NCBI GenBank assembly: GCA_963850305.1
Contig: CAWKKR010000008.1
Span: 96,001-160,000 of the forward strand
DNA length: 64,000 bases
Source of the DNA: an uncultured delta proteobacterium
Lineage (GTDB): Bacteria; Myxococcota_A; Polyangia; Polyangiales; Polyangiaceae
Direction: 5' to 3'
Shown here: positions 30,458-40,463 of the stretch, piece after piece
Position numbering within the stretch: the stretch's first letter is position 1
Layout: every line of letters starts with the position of its first letter
Position numbers and translations under genes: made by a program
The notes under the pieces: generated by a model
Databases searched by the model: none
Seen by the model: only the letters and a program-made list of their open reading frames with translations
Told to the model about the DNA's origin: nothing

Positions 30458-31833
30458 ACGCCGATCGCGCTCTTCGGCGGCACGCCGATCTCTCGAACGC
30501 GGCGCGCATCGAGGTCTGGCCGATCGTCGAGCGACGAGGAGCGGCGCGCCGTCGATCGCGTGCTCGATCGCGGCATCCTGTCGGGCGCGTACGCGCCGGA
30601 GGCGACGGCGCTCGAGCGAGGAGTTCGCGCAGTTCGTCGGCGCGCAGCACTGCCCTGCTGACGCACTGCGGGACCAGCGCGCTCCATGCTCGCGCTCGCG
30701 GCGGCGGGCGTCCGCGCGGGCGACGAGGTCATCGTCCCCGCGTACAGCTTCGTGGCGACGCCGCTCGCGGCGCTGCAGGCGGGCGCCATCCCGGTGTTCG
30801 CCGACGTGGACGCCGCAGACCGGCTGCCTCGATCCCGCGTCGGCCAGCCGCGGCGATGACGTCGCGGACGCGCGCGATCATGCCCGTGCACATCCACGGC
30901 GCGGCGGCGGACATGCGCGCCCTCCTCGACGCTCGCGCGCCGAGCGCGGCCTCGCGCCTCGTCGAGGACGCCGCGCAGGCGCACGGCGCGACGTTCGACG
31001 GGCAAGCCGGTCGGCGCGCTCGGCGCCGCCGGCGGCTTCTCGCTGCAATCGAGCAAGAACCTCGTCGCCGGCGAGGGCGGCGTCTTCGTCACGAACGACG
31101 ACGCGCTCGCCGAAGACGGCCAACGCCGTGCGCAACTTCGGCCAGGACGTCGCGCTCGCCGATGCGGCGCGCTACGACACGGAGCGGCCCCTCGACGGCG
31201 ACACGCGGCGCTCGAGTCGCAGCGCCTCGGCTCGATGTACCGCGGCAACGAGATGATGGCCGCCTTCGCGCGCGCGCAGCTCGCCCGGCTGCCGGACGCA
31301 CCGCGCGCTGCCAGAGCGAACGCCGAGCGGCTCTCGCACGCTGCTTCGCGAGCTCCCGGGCGTGTACGTCGCCCGCGGGCCCGTACCAGGGCCGCACCTC
31401 GGTGCATCACAAGTTCCGCGTGCACCTCGATCCGGTCGAAGGCGGGAGTCGACCTGCCGCCCGCGCCTGCGCGACGCGACTCATCGCGGCGCTGCGCGCC
31501 GAGGGGCTCGAGGTCGTGCTCTGGCAGTCGTCGCCCCTGCCCGCGCAGACCATCTTCCAGAAGCGCGACGTCTCCGGTGGGCTTCCCGCGAGCGCTCGGA
31601 CGCGGGAACTGACCTGGCCACGAACTACGACCCGGCGTCGCTACCCGCGCACGCGGGCGCTGCTCGACGGCTCGCTCGTTGCTTTTCTCCCAGTCGTGCC
31701 CGCTCATCGCGCAGCGCGAAGAGGTGGTCGATCGCTACGCCGAGGCCTTCGCGCGCGTCTGGGAGGGTCGCGTGCGCTGGAGGGCTACGCCCGCAACATG
31801 CTTCACCTGGAGCGACACCGGAGTGGTCCATGA
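30454..31833 (+). CDS. DegT/DnrJ/EryC1/StrS PLP aminotransferase, BtrR/StsC/RifK-like subgroup, multiple frameshifts
   Basis: [73 protein letters not shown]. Confidence 0.88.
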   Translation: MDADRALRRHADLSNAARIEVWPIVERRGAARRRSRARSRHPVGRVRAGGDGARARSSRSSSARSTALLTHCGTSALHARARGGGRPRGRRGHRPRVQLRGDAARGAAGGRHPGVRRRGRRRPAASIPRRPAAAMTSRTRAIMPVHIHGAAADMRALLDARAPSAASRLVEDAAQAHGATFDGQAGRRARRRRRLLAAIEQEPRRRRGRRLRHERRRARRRRPTPCATSARTSRSPMRRATTRSGPSTATRGARVAAPRLDVPRQRDDGRLRARAARPAAGRTARCQSERRAALARCFASSRACTSPAGPYQGRTSVHHKFRVHLDPVEGGSRPAARACATRLIAALRAEGLEVVLWQSSPLPAQTIFQKRDVSGGLPASARTRELTWPRTTTRRRYPRTRALLDGSLVAFLPVVPAHRAARRGGRSLRRGLRARLGGSRALEGYARNMLHLERHRSGP

Positions 31834-32807
31834 ACCTGGAAGCGACCGCCCATCCGCGGTCACGGTCCCGTGTCGCTCGCCTTGCACGAATCTTCGCCGC
31901 TCACCTCCGGCTTTGCTCTCGCGGCCTGGCTGGTGCACGGCGTCGGCGCCGCGCGCGTACTCGAAATCCTCCACGCGGCCTGGCACGAGCTGCCGCTGGT
32001 CGTCTGGCGCTGGAGACGGCCTTCGCGAGCTGCGACGCGCTCGCGCTCTGGGTCCTGCTCGGTCGCCCGGCGAGCCCTATTGGCGCTCTCGATTTGGATT
32101 CGTGCAACGGCCATCGCGTACGCGATCGAGCATTCTCTTGCCTGCCGGCAAGCTCGCGGGCGAGGCCGCGCGCGCCGCCGTGCTGTCCGGCCCCGCCGGC
32201 GCGCGAAACGCGGTCCTGGCGTGCTCGCGTCTCCAGGTCTGCGGACTGCTGGCGAACGCCGTCGTCAGCGTGGCGTGCATCGGTGTCGTCGGGAACCTGG
32301 GGCGCGGCGTGCTCCGCCTCGCGCTCGTCGGCAACGCCGTCGCCTGCTGTCTGCTTGCTGCCGTCGTGTCGGGACTCCTGCGCAGCAAATGGCTTGCCTC
32401 GCGCTTCGGCGGCCGGTTCTCGGCTCGGGAGAGCCCCACGCTGTTCAGTCGCTCGAGACTCCTTGGAGCGGGGGTCGTCTGCAGCTCTCGGGCGGGCAGC
32501 GCAGACGGCCGAATACGGCGTCATCCTGCTCGCCGTCGGCGGCGTGCTGACACCCGTTTCCGCCCTCGTCGTGCAGGGGATTCATCTCGTCGGCGCCGCG
32601 ATCGGGGACTTCATCCCGGGGCAGCTGGGTGCCGTGGAGGGCGCGTACCGCGCGTTCGCGAGTACTCTCGGCTTCGGTGCGGATCCGGCACGTGCGCTGT
32701 CGATCGCGCTCGTCGCGCGCATCGCGCAGATCGGTCTCGCCACGCTCTGTCTATCGGCCTACGCCCTGTCTCTCTACCCCCGCTCGCACGCCGCGGAGGT
32801 TCCGTGA
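31830..32807 (+). CDS. Lysylphosphatidylglycerol-synthase TM/flippase-like (UPF0104) membrane protein, frameshifted
   Basis: ATGA overlap with the aminotransferase stop; LPAGKLAGEAARA, FIPGQLGAVEGAY, ALVARIAQ. Confidence 0.7.
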   Translation: MNLEATAHPRSRSRVARLARIFAAHLRLCSRGLAGARRRRRARTRNPPRGLARAAAGRLALETAFASCDALALWVLLGRPASPIGALDLDSCNGHRVRDRAFSCLPASSRARPRAPPCCPAPPARETRSWRARVSRSADCWRTPSSAWRASVSSGTWGAACSASRSSATPSPAVCLLPSCRDSCAANGLPRASAAGSRLGRAPRCSVARDSLERGSSAALGRAAQTAEYGVILLAVGGVLTPVSALVVQGIHLVGAAIGDFIPGQLGAVEGAYRAFASTLGFGADPARALSIALVARIAQIGLATLCLSAYALSLYPRSHAAEVP

Positions 32808-33598
32808 AGCGGAGCCAGCATCGCGACGAAGCTCCCGTGAAGCGCCGCGCCCGACGTCGCGAGCACGTCCCGCGCGGCGAGCGTGGCCTGCCCTCCGTCA
32901 CTCTTCGATACGACGCCCCCCGCCTCGCGAACGAGGAGGGTTCCTGCAGCGACGTCCCACGGAGCAAGGCCACGCTCGAAAAACGCGTCGAACCGTCCGG
33001 CGGCGACATAGGCGAGATCCAGCGCGGCCGCTCCGAGTCGACGGATGCCGGCGACCTCGGGCATGATCCGGGCGAGCGCGGCCAGATAGCTCGCATGACC
33101 CTCGCCTCCACGATGGGGCACCCCCGTGCCGACGACGGCGCGGGAGAGCGCCTCTTCCGTGCGCACCGAGAGCCGCTCGGAGCCGAGCCAGGCGCCCCGT
33201 CCCAGCTCTGCATGAAACAGTTCGCCCTTTGCCGGATCGAAGACCGCTCCCGCGACCACCTCGCCATCGACCTCGAGCGCGATGGACACGGCGAAGTGCG
33301 GGATGCCGCGCAGAAAGTTGGTCGTGCCATCCAGGGGATCCACGATGAGCCTCGGAGCACCGGGAACACCGACTCGAAGCGCACCCTCCTCGAGGACGAG
33401 GTCGTATCCGGGAAATGCATCCCGAAGACGAGAGCTCACGATCTCTTGCGAGCGGAGATCGGCGCTCGTCACGAAATCGCTCGGGCCTTTTTCGGTGATG
33501 GAGACGTGCTCACGGTGCGCGAAGTCGCGCATGAGCGACTCCCCTCCCTCGCGGGCCGCTTGCAAGATCGCCTGGAGCCTTGTCGTGGGGACACCCAT
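32774..33598 (-). CDS. suhB: Inositol monophosphatase
   Basis: DFVTSAD, EE, IVDPLDGTTNF, RRLGAAALDLAYVAAG, PWDVAAG. Confidence 0.93.
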   Translation of the reverse strand: MGVPTTRLQAILQAAREGGESLMRDFAHREHVSITEKGPSDFVTSADLRSQEIVSSRLRDAFPGYDLVLEEGALRVGVPGAPRLIVDPLDGTTNFLRGIPHFAVSIALEVDGEVVAGAVFDPAKGELFHAELGRGAWLGSERLSVRTEEALSRAVVGTGVPHRGGEGHASYLAALARIMPEVAGIRRLGAAALDLAYVAAGRFDAFFERGLAPWDVAAGTLLVREAGGVVSKSDGGQATLAARDVLATSGAALHGSFVAMLAPLHGTSAACERG

Positions 33599-33675
33599 CT
33601 TTCTCCTTCTAGCACGGGGTTCTCGATGTCCTGGACCGATTGCCGCATGCGGTCGTTCCCGTCCATCAGCGTCCG

Positions 33676-36165
33676 ATGAACGTCACCTCGAGTCCGACGC
33701 CCATGGCGGGCATCTTCGTTCGGTTCGTGGTGCGCCACGGGCGGGCGATTCTGGATCGCCGCCATCGTTCTCGGCGCCTTCGCGACGTATCGCACCGTAA
33801 ACCTCTACGCGCATCTCCGGAGCGAGCTGGAGGAGCTGCTGCCCCGCGATGCACCGAGCGTGGTCGCCTTGAACGAGATGCGGAAGCGCAGCCCTGGCCT
33901 CGAGTTCCTCGGCGTCGTGGTCGAGACGGCCGACGCGCGGAGCTCCCGAATGCCGAGCGCTTCCTCGACGATCTCGCCGCGCGAATCCGCAAGTATCCAC
34001 CGGAGCTGGTGCGCGACGTTCGCACTAACCGCACGGCCGAGAAGGAGTTCGTCGAGCGGCATGCGCCGCTATACGTGGACCTCGACGACCTCGAGACCAT
34101 TCGCGAGCGCGTCGAGGCGCGGCGCGACTACGAGGTCTCGAAAGCCGCCGACCTGCTGCTGGACGAAAACGAGCCGCCTCCCGACGTCGACATGTCGGAC
34201 ATTCGAAAGAAATACGACGACCGGACGGAAGGAGAGCAGGGCGGACACTTCACCAGCCGAACCCTCGAAGCGACGATGCTCGCTGTCGAGACCGGAAGCT
34301 TCACGACCGGAGCCGACAAGGACCGCATCCTCCTGAACCGCGTGAAGTCCGACGTGGCACGGCTCGATCCGAGTCGCTACGGCAAGGGGCTGCGAGTCGG
34401 CTACGCCTCCGACGTCGCGATCAACGTCGAGGAACTCGACGCGCTCGAGGAAGATCTCTCGAAGTCTTCCGTCCTGGTCGTCGTTGCCGTGATGGCCGCC
34501 ATCGTCGTCTATTTCAGCTGGTGGAAGAGCATTCCGGTGCTCATTCCGCCGCTGCTCCTCGCGACCGTGTACGCGTTCGCGATCGCGTCGCTTCCACCGA
34601 TGCGCATCACGGAGCTCAACTCGAACACCGCCTTTCTCGGATCCATCATCGTCGGCAACGGCATCAACGTCGGCCTGGTGCTGCTCGCGCGGTATCGCGA
34701 GGAACGCGATGCGGGCAAAGCCGTCGAGGACGCGCTCATCATCGCCGTCTGGGGTGCGCGCGTCGGAACGCTCGCGGCCGCCGCCGCGGCTGGCGTGTCG
34801 TATGCGTCGCTCCTGGTCACGGAATTCCGCGGCTTCCGCCAGTTCGGTTACATCGGCGGCGTCGGCATGTTCGCGTCCTGGGGCACGGCGTTCGTGCTCG
34901 TTCCGCCGCTCCTCGCGTGGCTCGATCGAGACGGGCGCCCGCGCGAACGAACCGCGCGGGCGAAGGCCGTCATGCGCGGGCTCACGTGGCTGATTCGACG
35001 GGGCGCGCCGGTCATCGTCGCCGCGGCCGCGGCGCTGACGGCGCTGGCGGCCTACGAAGCGTCGAAGCTCGACGCTTCGCACCTCGAGTACGACTTCAGC
35101 AAACTGCGACGAGCCGACACGTGGAAGAACGGCGAGGGCTACTGGGGCCGGAAGATGGACGCTCTGCTCGGTCACTTCCTCACGCCCACGGTCATTCTGA
35201 GCGATTCACGCGCGCAGGCGCGGGCCATCGAGACAAAGGTCCGCGCCTCGGTCGATCACGGAGCATTGCATTCGACGGTGGCCCGCGTCGTCGGCGCGGA
35301 CGACGTCCTGCCGCCGGATCAGCCGGCGAAGATCCGGGAAGCCGCGCGGATCCGCGAAAGCGCTGACCCCGAGGATTCGAGCTCTCATACCGCCCAGGGA
35401 CCGGAACGATGTCGATCGCTTTCTCGGAGCCCGCTGATCTTGCTGCCGATCACGGTCGCGGATCTCCCGCATTCGTTCACCGAGGGACTCGTCGAACGCG
35501 ACGGGACCATCGGGCGCACGGTGCTCGTCTACCCGCGCCCCTCCAACGCGCTGTGGAAGGCGGACTCGATTCATCGTTTCGTGAGCACTCTGCGCGACAT
35601 CGCCGCGACGGACGTCGGAGACGGTTCGCGCCCTGCTCGCGTAGCGGGTTCGATCCCTCTTTCGAGCGACATCCTCGCGTCGATCGGGCGCGACGCGCCG
35701 ATCGCGAGTACCGTGTCGTTTCTCGGCGTGGTGGCGGTGGTCCTGATGCTGGTGGGCGTGCGCAAGGTTTCACTCTACGTCCTCGGATCGCTGCTGGTGG
35801 GCGTACTCTGGCTGGTCGGCGCCACGGTATTCTTCGGCATCAAGATCAATTTCGCGAACTTCATCGCGTTCCCCATCACCTTCGGGATCGGAGTCGACTA
35901 CTCAGTCAACGTCATGACGCGCTTCGTGCAAGATGGCTCGCGCGACGTCACCGGTGCGGTGCGCTCCACCGGCGGCGCGGTGGCACTCTGCTCGCTCACG
36001 ACGATCATCGGCTACTCGTCGTTGCTCCTGGCCAAGAACCGTGCGCTCTTCCTGTTCGGGCTCGTGGCGGTCATCGGGGAAATTGCCTGCCTGACCGTCG
36101 CCGTCGTCGCACTGCCGGCGCTATTGACCCTCCTGCGTGGGAGAGCCGACACTCTCGATCGGTGA
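33676..36165 (+). CDS. MMPL/RND family lipid transporter, local frameshifts
   Basis: Two TM bundles with IIVGNGINVG and ITFGIGVDYS, SLTTIIGY; large periplasmic loops. Indels near 33750, 33945 and 35360-35435. Confidence 0.9.
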   Translation: MNVTSSPTPMAGIFVRFVVRHGRAILDRRHRSRRLRDVSHRKPLRASPERAGGAAAPRCTERGRLERDAEAQPWPRVPRRRGRDGRRAELPNAERFLDDLAARIRKYPPELVRDVRTNRTAEKEFVERHAPLYVDLDDLETIRERVEARRDYEVSKAADLLLDENEPPPDVDMSDIRKKYDDRTEGEQGGHFTSRTLEATMLAVETGSFTTGADKDRILLNRVKSDVARLDPSRYGKGLRVGYASDVAINVEELDALEEDLSKSSVLVVVAVMAAIVVYFSWWKSIPVLIPPLLLATVYAFAIASLPPMRITELNSNTAFLGSIIVGNGINVGLVLLARYREERDAGKAVEDALIIAVWGARVGTLAAAAAAGVSYASLLVTEFRGFRQFGYIGGVGMFASWGTAFVLVPPLLAWLDRDGRPRERTARAKAVMRGLTWLIRRGAPVIVAAAAALTALAAYEASKLDASHLEYDFSKLRRADTWKNGEGYWGRKMDALLGHFLTPTVILSDSRAQARAIETKVRASVDHGALHSTVARVVGADDVLPPDQPAKIREAARIRESADPEDSSSHTAQGPERCRSLSRSPLILLPITVADLPHSFTEGLVERDGTIGRTVLVYPRPSNALWKADSIHRFVSTLRDIAATDVGDGSRPARVAGSIPLSSDILASIGRDAPIASTVSFLGVVAVVLMLVGVRKVSLYVLGSLLVGVLWLVGATVFFGIKINFANFIAFPITFGIGVDYSVNVMTRFVQDGSRDVTGAVRSTGGAVALCSLTTIIGYSSLLLAKNRALFLFGLVAVIGEIACLTVAVVALPALLTLLRGRADTLDR

Positions 36166-36333
36166 CCGGTCGGGCGAGCCCGAGTGCGCCGCAACCGGCC
36201 CGACTTCCAATCCAGGTTGGGGCGAATTCCGCCCTGGCTCAACTCGCGCCGGTTCGGCCTTCGGCCCAGGCCATGGTCGGTCGAACCTCGCCCACGAGTC
36301 TTTGAATCGAATCGCGTGCTAGCGTAACAGATC

Positions 36334-37044
36334 GTGAGGCAACTCTTCGTCGTCCGGTGGACGAGTCTCGCGTCCGGACTCCTGTTACTCGGGGCGTGCG
36401 GCGGAACTGGGAGCGAAAGCCTGTTCAGCAGCAGCAGGGCCTCGACTGGTGGGGGTGGAGCCCTTCCCGGCGCGGGCGGCGGCGGGACGGTTGCTGGCGG
36501 CGGGAGCGTCAGCGGCAACGCGGGTGGCGTGTCCGGCGCTGGTGGCGTGTTCGGCGCTGGCGGGCTCGCGACGGGCAGCGGAGGGGCATCCAATGGCGGT
36601 TCGGCGCCGTCCACCGGCGGCTACGGCACCGGGGGCGGAGCATCTCCCGAAGCGGGAGCGCCGCCGCCGGACGCCGGGCAAACCGGCCCTGAACCGACTC
36701 CCGGAGTCGTCGCCTGTCCCGGCATCAGTTCTGGCGAGTGCACGATCGGTAGCGGGTTCGTGCTTTACGAGTGCTGCCCGGCAGCGTCTTACTACCAGGC
36801 GGACTGCTATCCGCGGACCGGCGGCGGCTGTTACAGCGGAACCGCGGCAGTCCAGTGCGACGACTCGGCAGACTGCACCACTGGCGACATCTGCTGCGGC
36901 ACGGTGACGAACGACCTCATGGGCTCCTCGTGTGCCACGCTTTGCACCGCTGGCACCGTCCAGATTTGCCGCTCCAACGCTGAATGCGGCGGACGTTCGT
37001 GCCTGCCTCTGTCGAGTTCGTCGGCGTACAACTCGTGTCAGTGA
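36334..37044 (+). CDS. Gly-rich, Cys-rich lipoprotein
   Basis: Lipobox LGAC, Gly linker, C-terminal disulfide-rich domain (CDDSADC...CC). Confidence 0.75.
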   Translation: MRQLFVVRWTSLASGLLLLGACGGTGSESLFSSSRASTGGGGALPGAGGGGTVAGGGSVSGNAGGVSGAGGVFGAGGLATGSGGASNGGSAPSTGGYGTGGGASPEAGAPPPDAGQTGPEPTPGVVACPGISSGECTIGSGFVLYECCPAASYYQADCYPRTGGGCYSGTAAVQCDDSADCTTGDICCGTVTNDLMGSSCATLCTAGTVQICRSNAECGGRSCLPLSSSSAYNSCQ

Positions 37045-37234
37045 CGTGAAGCGCGTCCGGCGCTCACGTCTGCCCACGCAACCTGCTTGTCGCGGCTCCA
37101 CGATGTCGTCGCGCGCAGTCCGAACTCCACGGGGCCGATGTTCGTCGTGGTGTTCCAAGGGAAGGTGCCTGCCCTCTTGCGCGGCACCCGGGCGACGCCG
37201 GAGAATCCGGGCTAGTCTAATGGGGAGCAACGCC

Positions 37235-37816
37235 ATGAACAGACCGAGACCGCGCTTGCGCCGACGCTGGGCGCTATTGCCCGCGGTGCTCGCGCTCGCC
37301 GCAGGCAGCAGCGCCAGCCACCTCGCCTGGGCCAGCGCCACCACGTTCGGTCCTCACGACATCCAGACGCTGTTCTATATAGCAAAAAGCAACGGACCGG
37401 ACCGGGTCGACTACGGCATGCGCCTCGACGAGAACTGCGGCCCGGCGAAAAGGGATGCGGTGTTTCCGTATTGGCGAGAGTTCGACCATGGCCAGTCCGC
37501 TCGAGTTCATTCGCTCGGCTTCATGGCATCGATGGCGTACGGCGTCTCGGAGCAGCAGATGGTTCATCGACGACCGGACGGGAGCGATTATCAGATCCGG
37601 CTCAAACAAGTCGATCGCCCGATCTGGGTCACGACGTGGAAGAACTCCGACGGCAGCTGCACGGCGCTCGCTCGGTCGCCCATCTCGGGCGTGCGTTACG
37701 CCGAACTCCTGTCGATCTACGTCCAGCTCTCGGGGCCGATATCGGTGTCGTACGTCGACGTGAAGGGCAAAAACCTCGACACCGGGAAAGCCCTCGTCGA
37801 ACGAATCCAGCATTAG
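37235..37816 (+). CDS. DUF4833-like secreted protein
   Basis: Signal peptide; LFYIAKSN..RVDY, PYW, AYGV, YVDVKG...ERI. Confidence 0.7.
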   Translation: MNRPRPRLRRRWALLPAVLALAAGSSASHLAWASATTFGPHDIQTLFYIAKSNGPDRVDYGMRLDENCGPAKRDAVFPYWREFDHGQSARVHSLGFMASMAYGVSEQQMVHRRPDGSDYQIRLKQVDRPIWVTTWKNSDGSCTALARSPISGVRYAELLSIYVQLSGPISVSYVDVKGKNLDTGKALVERIQH

Positions 37817-37880
37817 CTTCGAACTTCGACGACGTCCCTGAGCTTCGCGACGGTGTCGCCTCACTCGTCGAGACGCCGAT

Positions 37881-38192
37881 TCAGGGACGCGTCAGAACGT
37901 CCGCCACCGCGAAGGACAGCATGAGGACCACGAATAGCAGGCCGGAGAGGATGGCGAGCCGGCTACTCGGCGGCTCTTCGACGAGGCCCATGAAAAAGAG
38001 ACCGACCAGGCTCGCCTTGATGATCGCGATGAGGATCGCCGCCGGCATCTCGAGCGCGCCCAGGTGACGGTACGATAGTGCGAAGCTGAGCGAGGTCAGG
38101 ACGACGAGCGCGACGAACGTCAACGTATACGTGCGCGCCGTCAGCCGGGACGAACGCTCTTCGGCGCCCCGCGCAGCGCCCGAAGCGGTCAC
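37881..38192 (-). CDS. Cytochrome c oxidase subunit IV
   Basis: Three TM helices, IAIIKASLVGLFFM; last gene of the operon. Confidence 0.85.
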   Translation of the reverse strand: MTASGAARGAEERSSRLTARTYTLTFVALVVLTSLSFALSYRHLGALEMPAAILIAIIKASLVGLFFMGLVEEPPSSRLAILSGLLFVVLMLSFAVADVLTRP

Positions 38193-38824
38193 GAGCCCCT
38201 CGCGAGGTAATAGAGGGGCCAGAGGAAGATCCAGACGCAGTCGACGAGGTGCCAGTAGAGCGCCGCGATCTCGAGCCCGTGAAAGCTCATCCGCCGGCGG
38301 CGCGTCTGAACCGCGACGTAGACGAGGACTCCCATCCCGACCATGACGTGGATGGCGTGCAAACCAGTCATGCCGAAATACAGGGTGAAGAAGACGGCAC
38401 TGCCGGCGGGAGCATCGGCAAAATACGCGCCGTGTCCGCCGGGGAAGATGCCCTCGGAAAAGTGCGCGACGTACTCGTGGGACTTGATGAGCAAGAAGCC
38501 GAGCCCGATGACGGCGCCCGCCTCGAAGAGCTGCGCCGCCGTACGCGCGTGACCCCGCCGGAATCGGTCGACGCCCAGCGCGACGAGGAAGCTGCTGAAG
38601 ATCAGCAGGAGGGTATTGGTCGTACCGAGCACGGCGTCGTTCCTGGCGACGCCCAGCGCGAACGCGTGCGGCCACTTCGCCCGATAACAGGCGTAGAGCG
38701 TGAACAGTCCGCCGAAGAGCAACACCTCGCTCGCGAGGAAGATCCACATTCCGAATCGCGCGGCATCCGCCTGGCGATCCATCGACTCGAAGTGGGCCTC
38801 TCGTCGCGTACCGCCCTCAGCCAT
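38189..38824 (-). CDS. coxC: Cytochrome c oxidase subunit III
   Basis: GMWIFLASE, NT..LI.SS, MTGLHAIHV, YWHLVD..W. Confidence 0.95.
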   Translation of the reverse strand: MAEGGTRREAHFESMDRQADAARFGMWIFLASEVLLFGGLFTLYACYRAKWPHAFALGVARNDAVLGTTNTLLLIFSSFLVALGVDRFRRGHARTAAQLFEAGAVIGLGFLLIKSHEYVAHFSEGIFPGGHGAYFADAPAGSAVFFTLYFGMTGLHAIHVMVGMGVLVYVAVQTRRRRMSFHGLEIAALYWHLVDCVWIFLWPLYYLARGS

Positions 38825-40463
38825 GTTCGACCTCCGACTCGCCCGGCAAGAGCGCCGGCAGCGCCCGCGCCCGTTCGCGCTCGAGCGTCTCGGCGGTGTA
38901 GTCGTACGGGCCTCGCTCGAATACGGGGGGGACCTCGTAATTGTGCGCCGGGGGCGGGCTCGGGGTGCGCCACTCGAAGCCGGCGGAGCCCCACGGGTTC
39001 CTCGACGCGCGCTCGCCGTAACGCAGCGCCCATCCGAGGTATCCGAGCGTGAGCAGCAACCCGCTGGCCAGCATGTACGCGCCGCAAGTGGACACGATGT
39101 GGAGCGGCTGAAAGGCAGCGGGGTAGTTGTGATACCGACGTGGCATCCCCTCGTTGCCGAGCAAGAATTGCGGCACGAACGTCACCAGGAACCCGAAGAA
39201 CACGACGAGCGCCGAGAGGAGGCCGAGCCGCTCCGGATACATGCGGCCCGTCACCTTCGGGAACCAGTAATGAATGGCCGCCAGGTACGCGGTGATGGTG
39301 CCGCCGACCATGATGAAGTGGAAGTGAGCCACCACGAAGTACGTGTCCTGCCAGTGCAGATCGAGACTCGTCGTCGCGACGGCCACACCGGTCATCCCGC
39401 CGAAGACGAACAGGAAGAGAAACGCGAAGACGTAGAGCAGCGGCGTCTTCAAAGAGATGGACCCGCGGTAGAGAGTGCCCGTCCACGTGAACACCTTGAT
39501 CGCCGAAAAAATGGCGACGAACATCGACATCAAGCCGAACGCGCCTGCATCGAACATCGAGATCCCCGCAGTGAACAGGTGGTGCCCCCAGCTGAGGAAG
39601 CCGACGAGCGCGATCCCGACCGTCGACCACACAATCGCCTCGTAAGACAGCGGGTTCTTTCGTGAGAACGTCGAGACGCACTCGCTGATGACGCCCATCG
39701 CCGGGAGGACCATGATGTACACGGCAGGGTGCGAATAAAACCAGAAGAGATGCTGATAGAGGACGGGATCGCCGCCGCGCGTGGGATCGAACACGCCCCA
39801 GTCGAACCAGTGATCCACCCCTATGATGAGCAGCGTCATCGCGAGAACCGGTGTCGCGAGAACCTGAATGAGGCTCGTGCCGTAAATCGTCCACACGAAG
39901 AGCGGCATCTTCATCCAGCGGAGCCCCTCCGCCCGCATCTTGTGGACCGTGACGATGAAATTCAGGCCCGTGAGGATCGTCGACCAGCCGATGATGAAAA
40001 CGCCGAGAAGTACGGGGAGAATCGCCGTGGCGTCCTTCACGCTGTATGGAACGTAAAAGGTCCAACCCGTGTCCGTCGCGCCCGCGATGAGCCCGACGAC
40101 GGTGACGATGGCCCCCACCACGTAGATGTAGACGCTCGCGAGGTTCAAACGTGGGAACGCGACGTCCCGGGCGCCGATCATGAGGGGCAACATGAAATTG
40201 CCGAATGCGCTCGGGATCGACGGGATCATGAAGAGCCACACCATGATCACGCCGTGCAGCGTGAAGAGGCGGTTATAGGTCATCGAGGTCATGAAGAGCG
40301 CCCTCGGCGTCAAGAGCTCGGTGCGCATCGCGAGCGCGAAGACGCCACCGACAGCGAGCGCCGCCGCGTTCAACACGAAGAACATCACGCCGATGCGCTT
40401 GTGATCGCGGGTGTTGAGCCACGAAGAGACCGAGCGGTCGACGGTGAGATAACTCCCGCTCAT
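38817..40463 (-). CDS. coxA: Cytochrome c oxidase subunit I, A2 type
   Basis: DHKRIG, FTLHG, FWFYSHPAVY (YS motif), WGHH, VAHFH. Confidence 0.97.
   Translation of the reverse strand: MSGSYLTVDRSVSSWLNTRDHKRIGVMFFVLNAAALAVGGVFALAMRTELLTPRALFMTSMTYNRLFTLHGVIMVWLFMIPSIPSAFGNFMLPLMIGARDVAFPRLNLASVYIYVVGAIVTVVGLIAGATDTGWTFYVPYSVKDATAILPVLLGVFIIGWSTILTGLNFIVTVHKMRAEGLRWMKMPLFVWTIYGTSLIQVLATPVLAMTLLIIGVDHWFDWGVFDPTRGGDPVLYQHLFWFYSHPAVYIMVLPAMGVISECVSTFSRKNPLSYEAIVWSTVGIALVGFLSWGHHLFTAGISMFDAGAFGLMSMFVAIFSAIKVFTWTGTLYRGSISLKTPLLYVFAFLFLFVFGGMTGVAVATTSLDLHWQDTYFVVAHFHFIMVGGTITAYLAAIHYWFPKVTGRMYPERLGLLSALVVFFGFLVTFVPQFLLGNEGMPRRYHNYPAAFQPLHIVSTCGAYMLASGLLLTLGYLGWALRYGERASRNPWGSAGFEWRTPSPPPAHNYEVPPVFERGPYDYTAETLERERARALPALLPGESEVEHG

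Noticed and set aside
29157..31833. Ino1-aminotransferase fusion (no stop visible at the junction)
   Set aside because: A single-base correction at GTGGACG restores a GTGA stop/start overlap like others in the operon, and the region is indel-rich.
27511..32807. Programmed frameshifting or a pseudogene island
   Set aside because: Too many irregular shifts, no obvious slippery sites, and motifs are preserved. Sequencing error is more parsimonious, though unproven without reads.
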